A DNA stretch of 64,000 bases from an uncultured Actinomycetota bacterium (lineage in GTDB: Bacteria; Actinomycetota; Actinomycetes; Actinomycetales; Dermatophilaceae). The stretch is from NCBI GenBank assembly GCA_963731235.1, contig CAVSUT010000021.1:81402-145401 (forward strand). The letters are read 5' to 3'. The translations under genes and the position numbers were made by a program. The notes below the pieces were generated by a model. The model was not told where the DNA came from, searched no databases, and was given only the letters and a program-made list of their open reading frames with translations. Positions within the stretch are counted from its first letter, which is position 1. Every line of letters starts with the position of its first letter. Below, piece after piece: positions 46,528-57,873 of the stretch.

Positions 46528-49500
46528 TCAGTCGAGGGCCGCGACGGCCGCCCGGATCCGCTTCTCCGACACCGGGTATGCCGTGCCGATCCCGTTGGCG
46601 AACAAGCTCACCCGCAGCTCCTCCACCATCCACCCGACGGCCCTGACCTCGGTGGAGCGGCGGTCGACGGGCGGCAGGGAGTCCAGGAGGTCGGCATACG
46701 CGATCTCCACCCGGTCCACCACCTCCTGGTTCGCCGCGTCCCGGGCCAGCGCGGCCGGTGACGAGGGCGCCTTCTCGAGCCGCTGGGCCATGGCGCGCAG
46801 GTACCGGCGCAGGTGCGGCAGGTGGGCCATCCCCGTGTCGGCGACGAAGCCGGGGTAGACGAGGCTGTCGAGCTGGGCGCGGACGTCGGCGACGAGGGCG
46901 GCCGTGGGTGGGGCGGTGAGCCGCTCCAGCGCCGCCCGGACCTCACGAGCTGCTCCCAGCACCGGTTCCACCTCGTCCACGACCAGCAGCACCCGGGTGG
47001 CCACGTGGGTGCGCACCGTGGCCAGCACGTCCTCGAACGCCTCCGCGGTCCGCACGCCGGCGGCGGCGCCGGCCCGTTCCGCGACGAGGGCGTCCACGGC
47101 ACAGGCCAGGCAGTCCTCGAGCAGGGCCGGCACCGAACCGTGCGGGTTGTCGCCGAGGGTGAGCTTCGCGGTGTTGCTGAGCCGGGCCAGCACGCGCTTC
47201 CACGGAGCCGTGGTGTTGAGCAGCAGCAACCGACGGACCCCCAGGGCCGTGGCCGCCTTCGCCTCCCGCTCCCCCGCCAGCACCTGCAGGTCGACCGCGC
47301 CACCACGGTCGACGAGGGCCGGGTACCCCTGCACGACCTGGCCACCGGAGCGGCTCTCGAACGTCTCGGGCAGCACGCCGAAGTCCCACTGCCGCAGACC
47401 CTGTCGCTCGACCGAGGCACCGGCGCGAGACATCCGACGCTGCACCTGCCCGGCGAGCTCGCCCTGGAGTGCGGTGAGGTCCTTGCCGCTGCCCAGGACC
47501 TTGCCGCGGTCGTCCTCGATGCTGAAGGTGATCCGCAGGTGGTCGGCGACGCGGTCGGCGCCCCAGTCCTGCGCAGGGATCCGGATCCCGGTCCGCGCGT
47601 GCAGCACCCGTGCCAGCTCCTCCTCGAGCCGGCGCCCCCCGCCGGGCTGCACATCGCGCAGGGCTGCCGCGGCGTGGTCCGGGGCAGGGACGAAGTGGCG
47701 ACGGGTGGCCTTGGGCAGCGCACGGATCAGGGCCGTCGCGAGGTCGGCCCGCAGGCCCGGCACCTGCCAGTCGAACCCCTCGTCCTCGACCTGGTTGAGG
47801 ACCTGCACGGGGATGTGGACCGTCACGCCGTCCGCAGCCGCGCCCGGCTCGAACTGGTAGGTGACACCGAGCTCCAGCGCACCCTGCTGCCAGGTCCGCG
47901 GGTAGTCGTCCGCCGAGACGCCGTCGGCGGTGTCGCGGGTGAGGAAGTCCTCGGTGAAGGTGAGCAGGTCCGGGTGTCTGCCGCCGGGCGTCCTTCCACC
48001 ACCGGTCGAAGTGGCGCTGGGACACCACCTCCGCCGGCACCCGCTGGTCGTAGAAGGTGATGAGGTCCTCGTCGTCGACGACGATGTCACGGCGCCTGGC
48101 GCGCTCCTCGAGCTCGGAGAGCCGTCTCAGCAGGGCCTGGTTGGCCCGGAAGAAGTCGTGGTGGGTCTCCCAGTCACCCTCCACCAGCGCGTGCCGGATG
48201 AACAGGTCGCGCGACTCCTCGGCGTTGATCCGCGCGTAGCTGACCGTACGGGCCGCGACCAGCGGCACGCCGTACAGGGTGACCCGCTCGGTGGCCTGGG
48301 CGGCACCCTGCTTGCGCGACCACCGCGGCTCGGAGTACGTGCGCTTGACCAGGTGCGGGGCGAGCCGTTCGGCCCAGACCGGGTCGATGCGGGCGTTGGT
48401 GCGCGCCCACAGCCGGGTCGTCTCGACGAGCTCTGCGGACATGACGAAGGTCGGCTGCCGGCGGAACAAGGTCGACCCCGGTGAGATGCCGAACCTCGCA
48501 CCCCTCGCCCCGAGGTAGTCGCGCTTCGCCTCGTCGCGCAGTCCGACGTGCGACAGCAGGCCGGCGAGCAGCGCCTGGTGGACGACGTCGGCGTTGGGGT
48601 CCTCGCCCTCGGCCGAGGTCGCCGCGCGCGGGTCGATGCCGACGTCCTGGCAGGCCTTGCGCAGCTGGCTGTGCAGGTCCTGCCACTCGCGGACCCGCAG
48701 GTAGTGCAGGAACTCGTTGCGGCACATCCGGCGAAAAGCACTGTGGCTCAGGGCTTTCTGCTGCTCGCGCAGGTAGGCCCACAGGTTGAGCAGGGACATG
48801 AAGTCGGAGTGCTCGTCCTTGAACCGCGCGTGTGACTGGTCGGCCTGCGTCTGCTTGTCCGGTGGGCGTTCCCGCGGGTCCTGCATGGACAGCGCGGCGA
48901 CGATGACGAGCACCTCACGGGTGCAGCCGAGCCTCCCGGCCTCGATGAGCATCCGGCCCAGGCGCGGGTCCACGGGAAGCCGGGCCAGCGAGCGCCCGTA
49001 CGGCGTGAGCTGGCGACCGCCGCGCCGGGCCCGTCGGCCGGCGGGCTCGCCGGCATCGGCGGCATCGGCGGCATCGGCGGCATCGGCGGACCTGGCATCC
49101 TTGGCGACCTCGGTGTCGAACGCCTGCAGCTCCTCCAGCAGCCGTACCCCGTCGGCCACCTGGCGCGGGTCGGGCGCGTCGACGAACGGGAAGCGGCCCA
49201 CGTCCCCGAGCCCGAGGGCGGTCATCTGCAGGATGACCGACGCCAGGCTGGTGCGCTGGATCTCGGGCTCGGTGAACTCGGGTCGGCTGTCGTAGTCCTC
49301 CTGCGAGTACAGCCGGATGCAGATGCCGTCCGCCACCCGCCCGCACCGGCCGGCCCGCTGGTTGGCGCTGGCCTGGGAGACCGGTTCGATGGGGAGCCGC
49401 TGCACCTTGGTGCGCTGGCTGTACCGCGAGATGCGCGCCGTGCCGGCGTCGACGACATACCGGATGCCCGGCACGGTCAGCGACGTCTCGGCGACGTTGG

Positions 49501-50482
49501 TGGCCAACACGATCCGCCGTCCGGAGGCTCGACCGAAGACGCGGTGCTGCTCGGCGGCGGACAACCGGGCGTAGAGCGGGAGCACCTCGGTCTGGGGCAG
49601 GTTCATCGACGTCAGGGCGTCGGCCGTGTCACGGATCTCGCGCTCACCCGAGAGGAACACGAGGATGTCGCCCTCGCGGTTCTCGGTCCACAGCTCCTCG
49701 ACGGCCTCGCAGACCCCGGTCACCTGGTCGCGCTCGGGGTCCTCGGGCCGGTCGGGGTCGACCAGGGGTCGGTAGCGGTGCTCGACGGGGTAGGTGCGCC
49801 CGGAGACCTCGATGATCGGCGCCGGCGTGCCGTCGGGCTCGGCGAAGTGCGCGGCGAACCTCGCCGGGTCGATGGTCGCGGAGGTGATGACGACCTTGAG
49901 GTCGGGGCGGCGGGGCAGCAGCTGCTTGAGGTAGCCGAGGATGAAGTCGATGTTGAGGCTGCGCTCGTGGGCCTCGTCGATGATGATCGTGTCGTACTTG
50001 CGCAGCATCCGGTCGCGCTGCATCTCGTTGAGCAGGATGCCGTCGGTCATCACCTTGACCAGCGTGGTGTCGCTGCTCTGGTCGGTGAAGCGCACCTGGT
50101 AGCCGATGGCGGTGCCGAGCTCGACCTCGAGCTCCTCGGCGATGCGTTCGGCCACCGAGCGGGCCGCGATCCGCCGGGGCTGGGTGTGGCCGACCAGCCC
50201 GGCCTGGCCGCGACCGACCTCCAGGCAGATCTTCGGCAGCTGCGTCGTCTTCCCCGAGCCGGTCTCCCCCGCCACGATGACCACCTGGTGGTCGCGGATG
50301 GCGGCGGCGATGTCGTCCTTGCGCGCGACGACGGGCAGGTCCTCGGGGTACCTGAGGTCGGGCACCGGCAGCGGGGCCCTGACCGACCGCGGGGCCCGTC
50401 CGCGACCGGGACGCCGACCCTGCCGGGCCCCGTGCGCCCGCTCCCGGGCAGCGCGGGGCTCGGCAGGGTCGGCGGTCGGCAT
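46528..50482 (-). pseudogene. hrpA: ATP-dependent RNA helicase HrpA (DEAH-box), one extra nucleotide as assembled
   Basis: The helicase core is in the frame of track ORF 46943..52699 (GETGSGKTTQLP, IIDEAHERS, TSAT, LATNVAETSLT, QRAGRCGR). The C-terminal ~485 aa are in the frame of ORF 46528..48090. The junction ...WWKDARRQTP / DLLTFTEDF parallels E. coli HrpA ...SRETPDLLNF and falls at a C3 run (plus-strand ggg 47972-47974). The span is 3955 nt (3n+1). ATG 50494 is an alternative start. Confidence 0.85.
49051..49086. repeat. perfect 9-bp tandem repeat x4 (cggcatcgg) inside hrpA encoding (ADA)n
   Basis: Read directly. The protein reads SADAADAADAADAG. Confidence 0.95.
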
Positions 50483-50608
50483 GCAGGTCAGCATACGTTT
50501 GCGACCGGCGGTCACCCCATTGCTGTACCGCGAATGGTGCGGGCTCCCTAACGTGGCTGGGAGTGCCCTGTGGCACCTGCCCGGGGCTGGATTGGGAGGA
50601 CACAGATC

Positions 50609-51694
50609 ATGCGCGTGAGACACCTGACGATCGTCGTGGCGGCGGCCAGTGCCACCGTCCTCTTCGCGGCACCGGCCGCCACGGCCCACCCCAGCGGTCA
50701 CCCGAGCGGTCACCCGAATCGGGGATGGCACCCCCGGACCCTCACCACCGAGGTCATCGCCCCGTTCCACCTCGACACGGCGCAGGGCAAGCTCTACGTC
50801 GCCGACGGTGGCACGAGCACCGTGTCCGTGGTCCGGCGGGACGGCTCCCTGCGCGCCGTCGCCATGGGTCCGCAGCCGGGCGAGGTCGCCGGCGTCGCGG
50901 TGCGCGGCGGCTCGATCGCCTACACCACCACCAACTACGCGACCGGGGCGGCGACGCTGACCGTCAAGACCGGGTCGAAGTCCGTGGTGGCGGACCTGTC
51001 CGGCTTCGAGGCCAAGCGCAACCCGGACGGCCGGGTGCAGTACGGCCTGGCCGACCCCGCGTGCGCGGTCGACGTGCTCGGGCCGTAGGCCTCCTACCCC
51101 GGGGAGGTGGACTCCCACCCGTACGCCGTCACGGCGTGGCGCGACGGCGCGTGGATCGTCGCGGACGCGGGGGGCAACGACCTGCTCAAGGTCGACCGGC
51201 ACGGGAAGGTCTCCCTGGTCGCGGTGCTGCCCACGCAGCCCCTGCTCATCACCGAGGAGTTCGCCCAGGCCAACGGGGTCCCGGACTGCGCGGGCCAGAC
51301 CTACGCCTTCGAGCCGGTGCCCACCGACGTCGAGGTCGGACCCGACGGCATGCTCTACGTGACCACCCTCCCCGGTGGCCCCGAGGACCCGAGCGCCGGT
51401 GCGCGGGGGTCCGTCTACAAGGTCAACCCCTGGAGCGGCCACGCGACCCGCGTCGCGACCGGCTTCGCCGGGGCGACCGGCCTGACCTTCGGACCGGACC
51501 GCACGATCTACGTCGCCGAGCTGTTCGCCGGGCGCGTGTCGAAGGTCCGAGGCGGCATGCCGAAGGCCGTGGCGTCCCTGCCTGGAGCCCTTGCCGTCGA
51601 GTACGGCAACGGCCACCTCTACGCCGGGACCCTCGCCCCGTTCGACGACCAGGGCAACCCGACCGGGACCGGGTCCGTGGTGCGCCTGCGCTGA
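50609..51694 (+). pseudogene. ScyD/ScyE-like secreted beta-propeller protein interrupted by an in-frame TAG
   Basis: GGGAGGA + 8 nt + ATG 50609, with signal peptide MRVRHLTIVVAAASATVLFAAPAATA. Track ORFs 50570..51088 and 51107..51694 are in the same frame and are separated only by TAG 51086-51088 (...AVDVLGP * ASYPGEVDSHPYAV...). The N-terminus also carries an HPSGHPSGHPN 12-bp repeat at 50687-50718. Confidence 0.75.
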
Positions 51695-51697
51695 CCG

Positions 51698-51733
51698 GTG
51701 GGGCGGGGCCGGGTGACCCCGGTCCCGCCCCAC
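51698..51733. terminator. bidirectional hairpin terminator between convergent genes
   Basis: 16-bp stem gtggggcggggccggg / cccggtcccgccccac (one G-U) with loop tgac. Confidence 0.65.
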
Positions 51734-51801
51734 ACTGCACCGCGCCCGTGGCCGCCGACCCCGTCCGCCCCGCCGCTTCCTGCCCGGCGGGCAGGGTCGG
51801 G

Positions 51802-53121
<1,320 letters not shown>

Positions 53122-53235
53122 CTGCGTGACCTTCACTCTCGTGTGCCGCGTGGGCGGCGTCGGCGTGGTCCGTCGCCGACGGTGGAGTGCTGCAGGTCGC
53201 CACCGTCGACGGACGGTGCGGGACACGTGGTGGGT

Positions 53236-53348
53236 CTCCCGCGCTTGCGCACGGCAGGTGCCGTGCGCCTGGTCCTCACCCGGGGCACCCCACCGCGGAG
53301 GAGGGTTGCCGGCCAGCGAGCCGGGGCTTGTCGCTGGCACTCATGACC
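53236..53348 (-). promoter_or_regulatory. SAM-IV riboswitch (leader of metY)
   Basis: The minus strand reads GGTCATGAGTGCCAGCGACAAGCCCCGGCTCGCTGGCCGGCAACCCTCCTCCGCGGTGGGGTGCCCCGGGTGAGGACC...GCGCAAGCGCGGGAG. It is a second copy of the element at 34141-34252, with compensatory stem changes. Confidence 0.85.
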
Positions 53349-53362
53349 TGTCCCGAGGGTAC

Positions 53363-53384
53363 GCCGGGGGCGCCCACCCCCGGC
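53363..53384 (-). terminator. possible hairpin after lctP
   Basis: 8-bp GC stem gccggggg / cccccggc with a 6-nt loop, 26 nt past the lctP stop. No U-tract. Confidence 0.3.
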
Positions 53385-53409
53385 ATACCCATCTCTCATG
53401 CCGGACCGG

Positions 53410-55167
53410 TCAGGGCAGCATCCAGCCCAGCACCGCCGTCGACTGCAGGAACACGATGACGCACATGAACGCGAGGAACCCCAGGCTCCACCCGATGACC
53501 TTGCGGAACAGGTCGCCCTCGCGGCCGGACAAGCCGACCGCTGCGGCGGCGATGGCGAGGTTCTGCGGGGAGATCATCTTGCCGAGGACGCCGCCGGAGG
53601 AGTTCGCCGCAGCCATCAGGGCGGGGCTGAGCCCGACGTCCTTGGCCGCCGAGACCTGCAGGGCGCCGAAGAGCGAGTTGGACGAGGTGTCGGACCCCGT
53701 CACCGCGACGCCGAGCCAGCCCAGGATCGGTGACAGGATCGCGAACGCCGCACCGGCGCCGGCCATCCACGAGCCCAGCGTCGCCGTCTGCCCTGAGGCG
53801 TTCATGACGTAGGCGAGGCCGAGGACCGCCATCACCGTGAGGATCGCCGAGGCGAGCTGCCGGTAGGTCGCGCGGTAGGCCTGGAGCGCCTTGGCGGGCG
53901 CGATGCCGATGGCGGGGATCGTGAGCAGGCCGGCGACGAGCATCAGGGTGCCGGCGGCGCTGAGCCAGTTGAGCTTGAAGATCGGCAGCTTGGACTCCTT
54001 GCCCGCCGCCGTCTGCAGCCCGTCGAGCCCCGGCCAGGTGAAGGCGCGGGTCGGGGCGTCCAGGGCGCCCTTGATGCCGGGCAGCTGCGCGATGATGAAC
54101 AGCGCGATGATGATCAGGTAGGGCGCATAGGCCTTGACCACCTCGCCGGTGCTGTCGACCTTGCCCGCGTCACGGGCCGCGAGGTCGTTCGCGGTCGTGG
54201 ACGGCACGGGCTCGTCGTGGTGGTGCCCCGCCCCCCGGTGGTGACCCGCCTCGCCGCGTGCGGTCGTCGCACCGGAGGCTCCACGAGAAGCTGCCCCACC
54301 GCGGCGGGCGCCGACGAGCTCGTCCTCGTCGGTCTCGGTCTCGACGTAGGTGTCCGCGGGCTGCCACACGCGCAGCAGGATGACCACGGACAGCGCGCCG
54401 ACGAGGGCCGCCACGATGTCGGTGAGCTGGGTCGACAGGTAGTTGCTCGTCGCGAACTGCGCCACGGCGAAGGCGATTCCACAGGTGAGCGTGGCCGGCA
54501 ACGTCGCCCGGACACCCTTGCCCCTGTCGATGATGAAGACCAGCGCCATGGGCACGAACACCCCGAGCAGCGGCGTCTGGCGCCCGACGATCTGGGCGAG
54601 GAGCTTCTCCGGCTGCCCACTGACCGTGGCCAGGGTCGTGATCGGCACGGCCAGCGCACCGAAGGCCACCGGAGCCGTGTTGGCGACCAGCGCCACCACG
54701 GCAGCCTTCATCGGGCGGAAGCCGAGCGCGATGAGCATGACGCTGGTGATCGCGACCGGCGTGCCGAACCCGGCCAGTGCCTCGAGCAGCGCACCGAAGC
54801 AGAACGCGATGATGACGGCCTGGATCCGCTGGTCGTCGCTCACCTTGGCGAACGAGCGCCGCAGCACGTCGAAGTGCCCGGTCTCGACGGTCATGTTGTA
54901 GACCCAGATGGCGTTGATGACGATCCACAGGATCGGGAAGAAGCCGAAGGCGGCCCCCTCCAGACCAGCGGACAGGGCTGGGACGACCGGCATGGAGTAG
55001 GCGGCCAGGGCCACGACGACCGAGACCGCGAGCGAGACGAGGGCGGCCTTCCACGCGGCGAGGCGCAGGACGCCGAGCAGGACGAACAGGGTCAGCAGGG
55101 GCAGCATCGCCACGAGGGCGGTGATGGTCAGCGAGCCGGCAACGGCATCGAGCACAGGTCGGTACAT
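53410..55167 (-). CDS. lctP: L-lactate/glycolate permease (LctP family)
   Basis: ATG 55167 with GAGGTG upstream. 585 aa polytopic. LctP-type segments are FFPILWIVINAIWVYNMTVETG, FGALLEALAGFGTPVAI and GSDTSSNSLFGALQ. The track ORF extends to 55494. Confidence 0.85.
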   Translation of the reverse strand: MYRPVLDAVAGSLTITALVAMLPLLTLFVLLGVLRLAAWKAALVSLAVSVVVALAAYSMPVVPALSAGLEGAAFGFFPILWIVINAIWVYNMTVETGHFDVLRRSFAKVSDDQRIQAVIIAFCFGALLEALAGFGTPVAITSVMLIALGFRPMKAAVVALVANTAPVAFGALAVPITTLATVSGQPEKLLAQIVGRQTPLLGVFVPMALVFIIDRGKGVRATLPATLTCGIAFAVAQFATSNYLSTQLTDIVAALVGALSVVILLRVWQPADTYVETETDEDELVGARRGGAASRGASGATTARGEAGHHRGAGHHHDEPVPSTTANDLAARDAGKVDSTGEVVKAYAPYLIIIALFIIAQLPGIKGALDAPTRAFTWPGLDGLQTAAGKESKLPIFKLNWLSAAGTLMLVAGLLTIPAIGIAPAKALQAYRATYRQLASAILTVMAVLGLAYVMNASGQTATLGSWMAGAGAAFAILSPILGWLGVAVTGSDTSSNSLFGALQVSAAKDVGLSPALMAAANSSGGVLGKMISPQNLAIAAAAVGLSGREGDLFRKVIGWSLGFLAFMCVIVFLQSTAVLGWMLP

Positions 55168-55216
55168 GCGTTCACCTCGTTGTGGGACATGGGTTGGGGG
55201 GATGTCGCGGGGTGGG

Positions 55217-56623
55217 TCAGCTCTTGCTCGGGGCACGCCTCCCCGTGCTGCGTGCGGGCGCGGGGGCGCCGAGGTCCTGGGGTCGTCGTCCGCGGATCGA
55301 GGCGTCGAGCACCTCGATGGTGTGCGCGAGCCGCAGCGGGGTGCCGGCGCGTTCGAGCGCCGCGTGGATCTGCATGAGGCAGCCGGGGTTGGCCGTGACG
55401 AGCAGCTCGGCCCCGGTGCGCTGCACGTTCGCCGCCTTGAGGTCCCCGAGCTCGCGAGCCGTGTCGGGGTTGAGCAGGTTGTAGATCCCGGCACTCCCGC
55501 AGCACAGCGAACCGTCCGGCACCTCCCGCAGCTCGAGCCCCGGTATGGCGCCGAGCAGCTGCCGGGGCTGGCTGCGGATCCCCTGGGCGTGCCCGAGGTG
55601 GCAGGCGTCGTGGTAGGCCACGCTCACCTCGAGGGGGTGCCGTCGCGCCACGGGTTCGACCTCGGCGAGGAACTCGCTGACGTCGCGCACCCTCTCCTCG
55701 AACGACTTCGCCCGGGCGGCGTAGGCCGCGTCGTCGGCGAGCAGCGTGGCATACTCCTTCATCGCCGAGCCGCAGCCCGCGGAGTTGACCACGACGTGCT
55801 CGACCCCCGCCGCCTCGAACTCGTCGATGAGCCGACGGGCGAAGCCCGCGGCCTCGGGCTCGCGGCCGTTGTGCGCGGACAGCGCACCGCAGCAGCCCTG
55901 CCGCGCCGGCGCGAGGACGTCATAGCCCTCGGCCGACAGCACGCGCACCGTGGCTGCGTTGACCCCGGGGAAGAACTCGCGCTGCACGCAGCCCAGGAGC
56001 AGGCCGACCGTGCCCCGCTTCACCCCCCGCGCCCGGGTGACCTCCGCAACCGGCTCGGCTGCTCCGAGCGGCGGCGCGAGCGCCTCCATCGCCGCGAGGT
56101 GCGGCGAGATGCGTTGCAGCACACCGGACCTGCGCAGCACTGTGGACAGACCGGAGCGCTGGTGCAGCCGCAGCGGTCCGCGCAGCGCCCGCAGCCGCCG
56201 GGGGTAGGGGAAGAACGCGAAGATGGCGGCGCGCAGGAACCGCTGCGCCGGTGGGCGGGTCGTGTTGCGCTCGACCTGGGCCCGGGTCGCGGTGATGAGC
56301 TCGTCGTACTGCACCCCCGACGGACAGGCGGTCACGCAGGCCATGCAGCCCAGGCAGGCGTCGAAGTGACCGACCACCTCGGGAGTCAGCGGTTCGCCCT
56401 CGCGGACCTGGGACATCAGGTGGATGCGCCCTCGCGGGGAGTCCATCTCCTCGCCCCAGAGGACGTAGGTCGGGCAGCTGGGCAGGCAGAACCCGCAGTG
56501 CACGCAGTCGGCGAGCAGCTCCTTCGAGGGCGGCCGGTGGGCGTCGAACGCGCCGGGCCCACCCGCGACGGCGGCGGGAGCTGGCTCGACGGGACTGTCG
56601 CCGTGGTTGGTGGTGCTGGTCAT
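55217..56623 (-). CDS. glcF: (Fe-S)-binding subunit, GlcF-like (glycolate/lactate oxidase complex)
   Basis: ATG 56623 forms an ATGA overlap with the upstream stop. Two ferredoxin-type cluster motifs (CVHCGFCLPSCPTY, CLGCMACVTACPSG) and C-terminal CCG-type repeats. Confidence 0.8.
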   Translation of the reverse strand: MTSTTNHGDSPVEPAPAAVAGGPGAFDAHRPPSKELLADCVHCGFCLPSCPTYVLWGEEMDSPRGRIHLMSQVREGEPLTPEVVGHFDACLGCMACVTACPSGVQYDELITATRAQVERNTTRPPAQRFLRAAIFAFFPYPRRLRALRGPLRLHQRSGLSTVLRRSGVLQRISPHLAAMEALAPPLGAAEPVAEVTRARGVKRGTVGLLLGCVQREFFPGVNAATVRVLSAEGYDVLAPARQGCCGALSAHNGREPEAAGFARRLIDEFEAAGVEHVVVNSAGCGSAMKEYATLLADDAAYAARAKSFEERVRDVSEFLAEVEPVARRHPLEVSVAYHDACHLGHAQGIRSQPRQLLGAIPGLELREVPDGSLCCGSAGIYNLLNPDTARELGDLKAANVQRTGAELLVTANPGCLMQIHAALERAGTPLRLAHTIEVLDASIRGRRPQDLGAPAPARSTGRRAPSKS

Positions 56624-57873
56624 CAGAGGCCTCCTACGAAGCGGCCGGGGGCGAGGATGCCGGTGGGGTCGAAGCGCTGTTTCACCGCGCGCATGAGGTC
56701 CAGCGCGGTGGCCGGGCCCCACACGTCGAGCTGGTGGCGGACGTCGTCCGGGGCCTCGAGCACCACGGCCGTGCCGCCGACTGCGGTGGCCTCGGCGCGC
56801 AGGCTCTCAGTGGCGGCGACCACTGCGGCGCAGTCACCGTCGAGGACGACGCAGCCGACGCCGACCGCGGGCGAACCGCGGTAGGCGGCAGCGACACCGG
56901 GCCGTTCGGCCAGGGCCGTCACCGCCGCGAGCAGGCGGCCCGTCCCCGCGATCTCGTGGGTGACCCGGACCAGGGTCCGCTGGTCGGGGGTGCCGTCACC
57001 CGTCGGCGCGAGGTCGCCACCCCACCAGTCGGGCGCGTGGTCGGCGATGGTGGCACCGTCGCCGAGGTCGCGGGCCACGGTCTCGGCGCACTCGTCGGTG
57101 GCCTCGGCGTGGCCTTCGAGCAGCGCCGACACGAAGCCGCGCCCCTCGGCCCAGTCGACCTCGACGGCGACGGGCGCCTGCTGGCTGTGCACGAGCACCT
57201 GGACCGCGTCCTGGGCCGCAGCCGCACCGTGGACGGCGACGGTCACCCACCGGCGTTCCCGGGGCACGGGGTGCAGCCGGAAGGCCACCTCGGTGATGAC
57301 GCCCAGGGTGCCGAACGACCCGGTGAGCAGCTTCGCGAGGTCGTAGCCGGCCACGTTCTTGACCACCTTGCCGCCGCTCTTGGCCACCACCCCGTCGGCG
57401 CGGACCAGGGTCATCCCGATGACGAGGTCGCGGACCGCCCCGTGGCGCAGCCGCATCGGGCCGCTGGTCCCGGTGGCGACCGCGCCCCCGACGGTGCCGC
57501 TGCGGGCGGGGTCGATGCCGAGCCGCTGGCCGGACCCGGCGACGTCCTCCTGCAGGGTCGCCAACGCCCTCCCGGCGCCGGTGACGAGGATGAGGTCACC
57601 GGCGGCGTGCTCGACGAGGGTGTCGAGCCGGGTGGTGTCCAGGACGAGGTCGAGCCGGCGGGGCGGGTTGCCCCAGCCGAGCTTGGTGCCGGCGCCACGA
57701 GGCACGACGGCCAGGCCGTCGGCGCAGGCTGCAGCCACGACCGCCGACACCTCCTGGGTGGAGCCCGGGGACGCGACCCAGCGGGGCACCATACCGAGGA
57801 CGGCGTCGTCCTCCGAGCCCTCGGTGAGGTGCCCGTCGCACGCGCGCAGCAGCGCGTCGGGAGCGGCGGGCAT
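56623..57873 (-). CDS. glcE: FAD-binding oxidoreductase subunit, GlcE-like
   Basis: ATG 57873 forms an ATGA overlap with the glcD stop. FAD-binding PCMH-type pattern (VVPRGAGTKLGWG ... KNVAGYDLAKLLTGSFGTLGVITEVAFRLHP). Confidence 0.75.
   Translation of the reverse strand: MPAAPDALLRACDGHLTEGSEDDAVLGMVPRWVASPGSTQEVSAVVAAACADGLAVVPRGAGTKLGWGNPPRRLDLVLDTTRLDTLVEHAAGDLILVTGAGRALATLQEDVAGSGQRLGIDPARSGTVGGAVATGTSGPMRLRHGAVRDLVIGMTLVRADGVVAKSGGKVVKNVAGYDLAKLLTGSFGTLGVITEVAFRLHPVPRERRWVTVAVHGAAAAQDAVQVLVHSQQAPVAVEVDWAEGRGFVSALLEGHAEATDECAETVARDLGDGATIADHAPDWWGGDLAPTGDGTPDQRTLVRVTHEIAGTGRLLAAVTALAERPGVAAAYRGSPAVGVGCVVLDGDCAAVVAATESLRAEATAVGGTAVVLEAPDDVRHQLDVWGPATALDLMRAVKQRFDPTGILAPGRFVGGL

Noticed and set aside
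51086-51088. TAG as a recoded codon (pyrrolysine or readthrough)
   Set aside because: No pyl genes or PYLIS-like context are seen in the window. The organism type makes recoding very unlikely, so a point mutation or base-call error is simpler.
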